A DNA stretch of 64,000 nt from Candidatus Saccharimonadales bacterium (GTDB taxonomy: Bacteria; Patescibacteriota; Saccharimonadia; QS-5-54-17): the NCBI GenBank assembly GCA_040903985.1, contig JBBDUI010000002.1, forward strand, positions 518,038 through 582,037. Direction: 5' to 3'. Position 1 is the stretch's first letter. Every line of letters begins with the position of its first letter. Shown one piece after another: positions 20,655 through 27,616 of the stretch. A model generated the notes under the pieces. The model was given only the letters and a program-made list of their open reading frames with translations. It made no database searches and was not told the DNA's origin. The translations under genes and the position numbers were made by a program.

Positions 20655-21560
20655 GTGCGTATTGCAATCCTGTCGCGGGGCGCCGCGAACTATTCTACTC
20701 GAGTCCTGGTAAGTGCCGCTGAGAAAGCCGGCCATGAAGCCGTGGTGCTCGACTACTTGAAATGTTACATGGAGGTGCAGCAGAATCGTCCCAGTGTCCA
20801 CTTTAACGGTGAGCGCCTGGGCAAAATCGACGCCATCATACCGCGTATCGGTCACTCGCATACCGGATATGGCTCGGCTGTAGTGCGACAGTTCGAGATG
20901 ATGAACGTCTACACCACTGCAAAATCGATTGCGATCGTGCGTTCTCGCGATAAGCTACGCAGTTTGCAGCTGCTGGGACGATCTGATATCGACATCCCGA
21001 AGACTGCTTTTGCCTCTCAGACTACCGATATCGCCGATCTGATCGAATTAGTAGGTGGAGCGCCCTTGATTGTGAAGCTGATTGAGAGTACCCATGGCGA
21101 AGGAGTAGTGCTGGCTCCCACCAAAAAGGAAGCTAAATCGATCGTGCAGGCCTTCTACAGTATCGGTCAGCCAATCTTAGTCCAAGAATTTATTGAAGAA
21201 GCCGGCGGAGCCGATATTCGCGCCTTTGTTGTCGGTGGACGCGTGGTCGGAGCGATGAAGCGCCAAGGCCTAGATGAAGAATTTCGTTCGAATCTACACC
21301 TCGGTGGTACTGGCGAAAAAGTTCTTCTGACCGATGCCGAGAAGAAAATTGCCGTTAAATCCGCTAAGAAGCTCGGCCTCGATATCGCCGGTGTGGATAT
21401 TCTACAGTCTGCGCGTGGACCTCTCGTTATCGAAGTTAACTCCTCCCCGGGACTGGAAGGAATCGAAGGTGCTACCGAACGGGATATAGCGAGTAAGATC
21501 ATCAAGTATGTTGAGATAAATGCCGGCCGCAAACCGAAGAAAGATAAGGTCGGAGCATAG
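20655..21560 (+). CDS. rimK: ribosomal protein S6 glutamate ligase RimK (ATP-grasp)
   Basis: GTG start 8 nt after an AAGGAG RBS; RimK N-terminus MRIAILSR...; ATP-grasp motifs. Confidence 0.85.
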   Translation: MRIAILSRGAANYSTRVLVSAAEKAGHEAVVLDYLKCYMEVQQNRPSVHFNGERLGKIDAIIPRIGHSHTGYGSAVVRQFEMMNVYTTAKSIAIVRSRDKLRSLQLLGRSDIDIPKTAFASQTTDIADLIELVGGAPLIVKLIESTHGEGVVLAPTKKEAKSIVQAFYSIGQPILVQEFIEEAGGADIRAFVVGGRVVGAMKRQGLDEEFRSNLHLGGTGEKVLLTDAEKKIAVKSAKKLGLDIAGVDILQSARGPLVIEVNSSPGLEGIEGATERDIASKIIKYVEINAGRKPKKDKVGA

Positions 21561-21565
21561 GGCTG

Positions 21566-22012
21566 ATGTGGCGGCGCTTCACTATTCCGCTACTTATTCT
21601 CGGGTGCATCGCACTACTCGCATTAATCCTGACCCGTATTGAGGCGGATGACAGAGTACGAGTTGATTTCGACGCCGTATCCGTAGCGGTCGATGTAGCC
21701 GATACGCCAGAACTGCGTCAACAAGGCCTATCTGGCAGTGAGGCTTTAGATGAAGACGAGGGGATGCTGTTTGTATTTAACGAACCGAATAAGGTTTCTT
21801 TCCACATGCTAGATATGAACTTTGCTCTAGATATCATCTGGCTGGATGAAGAGCTCAAAGTAGTCGATATCGCTGCTGGCATCACACCTGAAACCTACCC
21901 TGAATCCTTTAAACCTATCACCCCGGCTAAGTATGTGCTGGAAGTGCACTCCGGCTTTGCCGCGCAGCATGGTATTAGTCTCGGTAGTCAGGCCACAATA
22001 GCTGGGCTGTAG
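21566..22012 (+). CDS. DUF192 (COG1430) domain protein with N-terminal TM anchor
   Basis: GMLFVF...HMLDMNFALDIIWLD pattern of DUF192. Confidence 0.6.
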   Translation: MWRRFTIPLLILGCIALLALILTRIEADDRVRVDFDAVSVAVDVADTPELRQQGLSGSEALDEDEGMLFVFNEPNKVSFHMLDMNFALDIIWLDEELKVVDIAAGITPETYPESFKPITPAKYVLEVHSGFAAQHGISLGSQATIAGL

Positions 22013-22051
22013 TGGCGCGCCGCAAAACATAAGTGCTATGATAAGCACATC

Positions 22052-22543
22052 ATGAATGTCGACTTTCTCATCGCCGCCGCCGTAATCGGTATCAGTGCTT
22101 TAGCACTACATTTCAAAAGTCACGTTAAGTTCGTCGCTATGGGTGTGTTTATCGGTTTGGCCTTACTGCAGATCGTCTCCCTCGAAGGGCGCTTCGAGTC
22201 TGAGTTGGTAGAGAGCGCCGTAGCGGCTGTGCTCTTAGTAGTGCCAGCTTTGATATTAGGGGTTAACCACAGTGTGGACAAGCGTAAAAAGGGCAGTGTG
22301 GTTTGGAAGATAGTGTTTATACTGGTGTTTACTCTTTTCTTTCTCTCGAGCGTGGTCCAGGTGTTGCCTCCTGAGACTCAGCAGGCGATTATGGACCGTT
22401 CGATTATCGGTTGGCAGATCTTAGATAACTACGTATGGTTTACTTTTGCCGCCGCCATTTTGATTCTCATAGATAGCATCCAGCATCGCAGTTATGCCGA
22501 AAAAGCTAAAAAACGTAAGTCGAAGCTCAAATCCAGCCGCTAG
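22052..22543 (+). CDS. hypothetical integral membrane protein (4 predicted TM helices, basic C-terminus)
   Basis: ORF length, hydrophobic periodicity, and a KKRKSKLK tail. Confidence 0.5.
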   Translation: MNVDFLIAAAVIGISALALHFKSHVKFVAMGVFIGLALLQIVSLEGRFESELVESAVAAVLLVVPALILGVNHSVDKRKKGSVVWKIVFILVFTLFFLSSVVQVLPPETQQAIMDRSIIGWQILDNYVWFTFAAAILILIDSIQHRSYAEKAKKRKSKLKSSR

Positions 22544-22583
22544 CAGTTGCTATGTTTTAGTATAAATACTACAATTTAGCAAG

Positions 22584-23168
22584 ATGCAGATTGTGAGTTT
22601 TACCCCAGCGAAAAGGTTAGTGCAGCGAATGGCTGTTGAGGTGTGCGAACCTTACAGGGTACGGCCTGAAGCGGAGTTAGCTGCCGCAGCAGAAGAGGTA
22701 AAGAACCGATGGGTTATACGTAACCAAGAGTTATGGGAGTGTGAGATAGCTGCGCTTCAAAGGGTGATAGCTTATAAAAAATGGCTCATCGATGATAGGC
22801 CTGTGGTGCCCATCGATAATGCCCACCACGGAGTTAGGCTTACCGAACTACGGGGTGATGCGATCGTAACTTTTGCTCAACAAGTAGGCAGTAACGAGGC
22901 GCGCCTCTACGTGACTGAAGATATGCGCTATCCTATGTATACTCAAGTATTCGCACTGCGATCACATAGTGGTCGAATCCTCAGCCGCCCAGTTTGGGCC
23001 GGTGCTCGCCCTATCGAGGAAAACGATGTTAGAGCTGCCGTATTGGGAGTTTCAGTAGATACTCATGTGCAGAGTAAGGGTCAGTCCGGAGAGGGTAGGA
23101 CGACCCCGTCATATGTCTCGGAGTTGGCCGATGTTCTCGAGACTCACTTCGGTCCTTTGCCCGAATAG
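22584..23168 (+). CDS. hypothetical protein
   Basis: 194-aa ORF with coding-like composition and no recognisable motif. Confidence 0.45.
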   Translation: MQIVSFTPAKRLVQRMAVEVCEPYRVRPEAELAAAAEEVKNRWVIRNQELWECEIAALQRVIAYKKWLIDDRPVVPIDNAHHGVRLTELRGDAIVTFAQQVGSNEARLYVTEDMRYPMYTQVFALRSHSGRILSRPVWAGARPIEENDVRAAVLGVSVDTHVQSKGQSGEGRTTPSYVSELADVLETHFGPLPE

Positions 23169-23238
23169 TAGCCTCATATGAGCGTTGCTATCGCTAACTT
23201 TACAGTTTAGAATAGACAATGTTCTAACTATTTTTTAG

Positions 23239-23315
23239 GGGCCTGTAGCTCAGTCGGTTAGAGCAGCGGCCTTTTAAGCCGCGTGTCGTGGGTTCGAATC
23301 CCACCAGGCCCTCCA
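23239..23315 (+). tRNA. tRNA-Lys (anticodon TTT)
   Basis: Acceptor gggcctg/caggccc, anticodon loop ctTTTaa, T-arm gtgggttcgaatcccac, and an encoded CCA. A TTGCTA-17-TAGAAT promoter lies upstream. Confidence 0.85.
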
Positions 23316-23321
23316 TATAAA
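23295..23321 (+). repeat. 27-bp direct repeat, copy 1 (tRNA-Lys 3' end plus 6 downstream nt)
   Basis: cgaatcccaccaggccctccatataaa is repeated exactly at 23458-23484. Confidence 0.8.
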
Positions 23322-23355
23322 TACCTCGGCCATCGTGCCGGGGTATTTGTATGGA
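23312..23355 (+). terminator. long hairpin starting inside the tRNA-Lys 3' CCA end (tccatataaatacctcgg / ccggggtatttgtatgga)
   Basis: About 18-bp stem with loop ccatcgtg and no U-tract. A paralogous hairpin follows tRNA-Lys(CTT) at 31035. Confidence 0.4.
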
Positions 23356-23457
23356 ATGAGTTTGATGCCGGGATTCGAACCCGAAAGGGCATAAACTACC
23401 AGTGGTAGTTTATGGATACATTGCTTGGCCGAGCGAGAAACGTATTTCGAGCGAGCA

Positions 23458-23484
23458 TAATAACACACGAATCCCACCAGGCCC
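23458..23484 (+). repeat. 27-bp direct repeat, copy 2 (duplicated tRNA-Lys 3' end)
   Basis: Exact copy of 23295-23321. The intervening 136 bp contain an inverted tRNA-like T-arm (cgggattcgaacccg) and an 11-bp palindrome (cataaactacca g tggtagtttatg). Confidence 0.8.
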
Positions 23485-23506
23485 TCCATATAAACATGGG
23501 TCAGAA

Positions 23507-23965
23507 CTATGCTTTTTGATAAGTACCCACTAGCTCGGTTCGAGTTAATACGTGACCACTTAGTGCATCTTCGACATCTTCTTTGTCTGCATCTTCGGGC
23601 AAGTCGAGTTTTGAGTCTAGTGCATACAGACGGAAGAAATAGCGATGTTCACCAGTTGGCGGGCAGGGACCGGTGTAGGCTTTCTCGCCTCGGCCATTTA
23701 GACCTTGGACGGCGAACGGCGGAACGGAACCCTCGGCAATTTCAGTGGTTGTTGGTGGGATGTTCCAAACTACCCAATGATCGAAGGTGTGCCCTGGTCC
23801 ATTTGGATCGGTAGCGGCATCAGGGTCATCACAGATTAGTACCAGACTTTGCGCTTCAGTAGGCGCATCGCTAATTTGAAGGGGAGGATTATGATTGCTA
23901 CCTTCACAGGTGTAGAGCTTATCGATAGTCTCGCCATCGTTAAAAACTGGGCTAGAAAGCTTCAT
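23507..23965 (-). CDS. PEBP family protein (YbhB/YbcL, Raf-kinase-inhibitor-like)
   Basis: Motifs DDPDAATDPNGPGHTFDHWVVWNIP and GPCPPTGEHRYFFRLYALD are typical of bacterial PEBP. Confidence 0.75.
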   Translation of the reverse strand: MKLSSPVFNDGETIDKLYTCEGSNHNPPLQISDAPTEAQSLVLICDDPDAATDPNGPGHTFDHWVVWNIPPTTTEIAEGSVPPFAVQGLNGRGEKAYTGPCPPTGEHRYFFRLYALDSKLDLPEDADKEDVEDALSGHVLTRTELVGTYQKA

Positions 23966-24026
23966 GCTTTCTCCTCTCGCATTACCGTTCTATTATAACA
24001 GTTACCTCTGCTATAATAGGGCGGAT

Positions 24027-24101
24027 GCGGGTATAGTACAGTGGCTAGTATGCCAGCCTTCCAAGCTGGAGACGAGAGTTCGACTCTCTCTACCCGCACC
24101 A
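24027..24101 (+). tRNA. tRNA-Gly (anticodon TCC)
   Basis: Acceptor gcgggta/tacccgc, anticodon loop ctTCCaa, T-arm gagagttcgactctc, and an encoded CCA. Confidence 0.85.
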
Positions 24102-24205
24102 CGTCAGACTAAACCTTCAGCTTCCGTAAAACAGCGGAAGCTGTTTTACTTTCAGCTTACGGTTTGTCTTCCTTATCCAAACGAAACAGTAACGTTTCGT
24201 TTGGG
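24102..24205 (+). repeat. tRNA-linked structured repeat, copy B
   Basis: Begins cgtcagactaaacc. Hairpin cagcttccg/cggaagctg is followed by ttttacttt. A second hairpin is ccaaacgaaac-agtaac-gtttcgtttgg. Confidence 0.75.
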
Positions 24206-24253
24206 GGTGCGGCTTTATACTTTATACTGAATACGTAATACTAATTACCATGT

Positions 24254-24330
24254 GCCCCGGTAGCTCAGCTGGATAGAGCAATGGAGTTCTAACCCATAGG
24301 TCGTAGGTTCGAATCCTACCCGGGGCACCA
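24254..24330 (+). tRNA. tRNA-Arg (anticodon TCT; anticodon stem has one A-C mismatch)
   Basis: Arg-type D-arm tagctcagctggatagagc, loop gtTCTaa, T-arm gtaggttcgaatcctac, acceptor gccccgg/ccggggc, and an encoded CCA. Confidence 0.7.
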
Positions 24331-24344
24331 ATAGGTTGTTTAAT

Positions 24345-25304
24345 TTATGTGGTTCTTAGCTCCCACTTCGGTGGGTAAAAATAGTCGATAGGTTCGGCAT
24401 TAGGCTTGTGGCGCGCTTTAATCCGAATTCTGTTACTGGATAATTTGGGGACTGCTTCGCGGCAGTATTTGTCTAGCTCACAAAATAGTCCCTGGCAGTC
24501 TATGGCATGGAGCTTCCGACCATGAAGGCCATCAAATTCAAGTCCGAGTCGACTAAACTCATCGTCCTGTCTCTCTACCATTTGCAGAATGATTTCTTCT
24601 GGCGAGAGGTCGCCACGAGACTTGAATGCTTTGTTAATTCCCCGTAGTGCGCCAGGCCCGGCTCGTGTAAATGAGTTTTCGCTGAAATTAATGTAAGGCG
24701 TATAGTTGAGATCTATTGTGAGCTGATAGGCCATGAAATCTCCGATTAAAGGGTAGCTGCGCAAGAGCTGGTAGACGTCCCCTAAGCTAATAGCAGCAAG
24801 AAGTTTCTTATCTAGATGATCGAGAATGAACATGTGCCTGAAGAGAGCGATATGATTCAGATACTTTTCGCTATGCCCGTAGGCCGTATTAGCGCAGAGG
24901 ATAAAAGCGCCAGTATAGAGTTTACCGTTTATCTCTTTAACGTGGGCTAGCGCTCGGGTGAGAATATCATCTTCTAGGTCGGTAATGAGCGGCTGACGAC
25001 CAAGGTAGTTTGTGATCTCATCCCAAGTCTCGGGTCGGCTAAAGAACCGAAAAGCTATCACTCGAAACAGTACATCTGATGGGTCCGCCTGCGGGTCTAT
25101 GTAGGCTATATTACGAATTAGATATTGCGACACGCGGTCGCTGGCTCGGAAGACGTTGCAGAACTTATAGGTAGCTAGGATAGGGTCATCGGTCCAGGGA
25201 CCGGGTTCTCCGCGGGCGCGCCGCTGGAAGATAGCTTGACGCTCGGCAGCATAGTACCAGTAGAGGTCGTAGATTTCGGTCCGAGGTATGGGTGTTTGAA
25301 TCAT
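24345..25304 (-). CDS. conserved hypothetical protein (319 aa), Trp/Tyr-rich N-terminus; family not confidently recognised
   Basis: Long ORF with good coding composition and no P-loop. N-terminal block IYDLYWYYAAERQAIFQRR..GEPGPWTDDPIL..YKFCNVFRASDRVSQ. See findings. Confidence 0.6.
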   Translation of the reverse strand: MIQTPIPRTEIYDLYWYYAAERQAIFQRRARGEPGPWTDDPILATYKFCNVFRASDRVSQYLIRNIAYIDPQADPSDVLFRVIAFRFFSRPETWDEITNYLGRQPLITDLEDDILTRALAHVKEINGKLYTGAFILCANTAYGHSEKYLNHIALFRHMFILDHLDKKLLAAISLGDVYQLLRSYPLIGDFMAYQLTIDLNYTPYINFSENSFTRAGPGALRGINKAFKSRGDLSPEEIILQMVERQDDEFSRLGLEFDGLHGRKLHAIDCQGLFCELDKYCREAVPKLSSNRIRIKARHKPNAEPIDYFYPPKWELRTT

Positions 25305-25391
25305 GCTTGATATTATAGCGGGTCGTTGTTGCGTACTATTACCGTCTAGTTTTAGTGCGGTTGAGCGCGTACTAGTGGTAATTGCACAAAA

Positions 25392-25433
25392 TCTTCAAAA
25401 AGTGTCCGATCGGACACTTTTTGAAGATAGTTG
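25392..25433. repeat. 36-bp perfect palindrome tcttcaaaaagtgtccgatcggacactttttgaaga (+tagttg), copy 1
   Basis: The sequence is its own reverse complement. The same 42 nt recur at 58525-58566. Confidence 0.85.
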
Positions 25434-25508
25434 GGTCGGTACGATATCTGAGACTGGCACTAGATATGATCGATGCAGACGTGTTAAGCCGGTCAGCCGC
25501 TTGTGAGG

Positions 25509-25946
25509 TTACGCTCCGTGATGCTCAGCTTCGGCCGCTTCGGCTTCAGCGAAAGTGTTATGGATCGTACCGTGTGCATGTTCGCCAGGAGCGTAGATTG
25601 AGTAGAGTTTGAGCGGGATATCACCAGTATTGATGATGTTGTGCCAGGTACCGGCCGGAACGAAGATAGCGAAGTCGTCCTCGACTGCCCACTCTTGATC
25701 AAGGTTGTCTTCGCTTGGTCCCATTACGACCTTAGCTTCACCTTCTTCAATGCGGAGAAACTGGTCGTGGTCGTTGTGCACTTCTAAACCAACCTCACCA
25801 CCAGCTGGAATCGCCATCACGGTCATCTGTAGGTTAGCTCCAGTCCACTTAGCGACGCGGAAAAGCTCGTTTTCTTTAGTCAGTTCTTCGATGTCTATCA
25901 CGTATGGTTGCGGTCCATAATCGTTCATGTCCATTGTTCCCTCCAT
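25509..25946 (-). CDS. cupin domain protein
   Basis: Small beta-barrel cupin pattern (GGEVGLEVHNDHDQFLRIEEGEA...AGTWHNIIN). Confidence 0.65.
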   Translation of the reverse strand: MEGTMDMNDYGPQPYVIDIEELTKENELFRVAKWTGANLQMTVMAIPAGGEVGLEVHNDHDQFLRIEEGEAKVVMGPSEDNLDQEWAVEDDFAIFVPAGTWHNIINTGDIPLKLYSIYAPGEHAHGTIHNTFAEAEAAEAEHHGA

Positions 25947-26056
25947 TCATTTATAACTAATCACTTATCTTATTGTATAGGTAAAATCGAGCTTTATAAA
26001 ATCAAGCGGATGTTATAATAAAAGATAGTATGTAAGTAAGGCAGGGAGGGATATTT

Positions 26057-26302
26057 ATGGCTAAACGTGAAGTCGTACGCGAGGTACCGGAAGAGACCCT
26101 AGACCGAGAGACGGTAGTACTGGACAAACGGGAAGGTGGGGGTCCGGGCGGAATCATCGCACTCATCGTCGGCTTGATAGTTTTATCTTTGCTTATCTGG
26201 TTAGTAGTGGGTATGTTCGATACCACTGAAGACACAACTCCGGAGACTACAACTCCGAACAGCATCGAGGCCGATATTAACGCAGGTACGGACGCTCAGT
26301 AG
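26057..26302 (+). CDS. small membrane protein (single TM, acidic flanks)
   Basis: Strong RBS GGGAGGG 7 nt upstream of the ATG; a hydrophobic core IIALIVGLIVLSLLIWLVVGMF. Confidence 0.5.
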   Translation: MAKREVVREVPEETLDRETVVLDKREGGGPGGIIALIVGLIVLSLLIWLVVGMFDTTEDTTPETTTPNSIEADINAGTDAQ

Positions 26303-26416
26303 TCCCCATATCGCTCAGTTAGTGAATTTGCCGTGACCGTGGTGCAGCTTGCTCCTCATAGCTTGAGCTTTAGGCTTTATGGCAGATACTTTATACTCTA
26401 TACTTTGTAGCGGTAT

Positions 26417-26494
26417 GGCGGGTGTAGCTCAGTTGGTTAGAGCGCCTGGTTGTGGTCTAGGAGGCCGTGGGTTCAAGTCCCATCACTCGCCCCA
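26417..26494 (+). tRNA. tRNA-His (anticodon GTG) with genome-encoded G-1
   Basis: Extra 5' G pairs with the C73 discriminator. Anticodon loop ttGTGgt; T-arm gtgggttcaagtcccat; encoded CCA. Confidence 0.85.
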
Positions 26495-26605
26495 AGAAAA
26501 GTGTCCTCGTGCAAGCGGGGGCATTTTTCTTGGGATCTACTCAGACGTTTTGAATGTAGTGGTGCTAATTGCTCATTATTACCTTAGGCCTGTATAGTTT
26601 AGATC

Positions 26606-27616
26606 ATGAATCAGCCTGAATTAACGGTTATCAAGAGCACTAAAGAGTGGGATAAGTTCGTCGATAGTAGTCCCTTCGGTCACCCCCAGCAGCTTTCGGC
26701 CTGGGCCAAGTTAAAGCAGCGTAATGGTTGGGAGAGTGTCCGGGTGGGGGTAGTAAATGGCGGCTCTATCGTGGCTGGAGCTCAGATTTTGCTCCTGAAG
26801 GCGCCGGTCATCGGCTATACCATTGCCTACATCCCCCGCGGTCCACTATTTGCTACCGATAAATCGGTCTCAGAGTCCGACTTACTGAATAGCTTAGGTG
26901 AGATTGCTCGAGCGCACGGGGCGACGCTACTTAAGATCGAACCGGCTCTACAGCAGCTCGATCTACCTGTCGGTTGGCGAGTTGCAAAGCGCCAGATTCT
27001 GCACCCTAAGACATCGGTGATCCAGCTTAAGTCCAGTTCAGAGGAAGAGATTTTAAACTCCTTTCATAAGGATGCTCGCTATTCGATTCGCCGCGCTACT
27101 CGTAACGGTGTTGAGATCAGGGAGGTTAAGTCGGTCGAAGAAATAGCGGTGATGTGGGAGGTGTATCAAAGCACTTCGGATCGCGCCGGTTTTAATCTCT
27201 ACAGTTTCGATTACTATAAAAAAGTTTTTACCTATCTCGGTGAGCATACTAAGGTTTGGTTGGCGTATCACGAAGGCAAACCGGCCGGGTTTGCCTGGAC
27301 GGCTCACGTTAACAATGTGGCTGTATACCTCTACGGTGGCTCAAATGAACTGGGTCGGAAGCAGCTGGCTAACTATCTGTTGCAATGGGAGGTCATTCGC
27401 TACTACAAGCAAGCGGGCGTCGAATATTATGATTTGAATGGTCACATCAACGATGGAGTAGGCTCATTTAAAACTAAGTTTGCTCAAGAGCAGGTAGAGT
27501 ATGTTGGTACATATGATTTGCCGCTGCATCCAGTGATGTATGCCTTGGGGGAGTCAGTCCTGCCACGCCTAGCTCCGTTGTTGCGTCAAGCCAAAAGCAT
27601 ACTGCGGCGCGGCTAG
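26606..27616 (+). CDS. FemAB-family peptidoglycan bridge aminoacyltransferase (FemX/MurM-like)
   Basis: FemAB family architecture and size (336 aa); conserved segments SAWAKLK...YIPRGP and FKTKF. Confidence 0.7.
   Translation: MNQPELTVIKSTKEWDKFVDSSPFGHPQQLSAWAKLKQRNGWESVRVGVVNGGSIVAGAQILLLKAPVIGYTIAYIPRGPLFATDKSVSESDLLNSLGEIARAHGATLLKIEPALQQLDLPVGWRVAKRQILHPKTSVIQLKSSSEEEILNSFHKDARYSIRRATRNGVEIREVKSVEEIAVMWEVYQSTSDRAGFNLYSFDYYKKVFTYLGEHTKVWLAYHEGKPAGFAWTAHVNNVAVYLYGGSNELGRKQLANYLLQWEVIRYYKQAGVEYYDLNGHINDGVGSFKTKFAQEQVEYVGTYDLPLHPVMYALGESVLPRLAPLLRQAKSILRRG

Noticed and set aside
23325-23440. A complete minus-strand tRNA (long-variable-arm type) in the segment between the tRNA-Lys direct repeats
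   Set aside because: A T-arm-like element and an 11-bp palindrome are present. No matching 5' acceptor strand, D-arm or anticodon arm could be assembled. It is treated as a tRNA-like fragment only.
23964-24230. 88-aa plus-strand ORF
   Set aside because: It is composed of tRNA-Gly plus the structured tRNA-linked repeat. The structured-RNA interpretation is much better supported.
26379-26597. 72-aa plus-strand ORF
   Set aside because: It overlaps tRNA-His completely.
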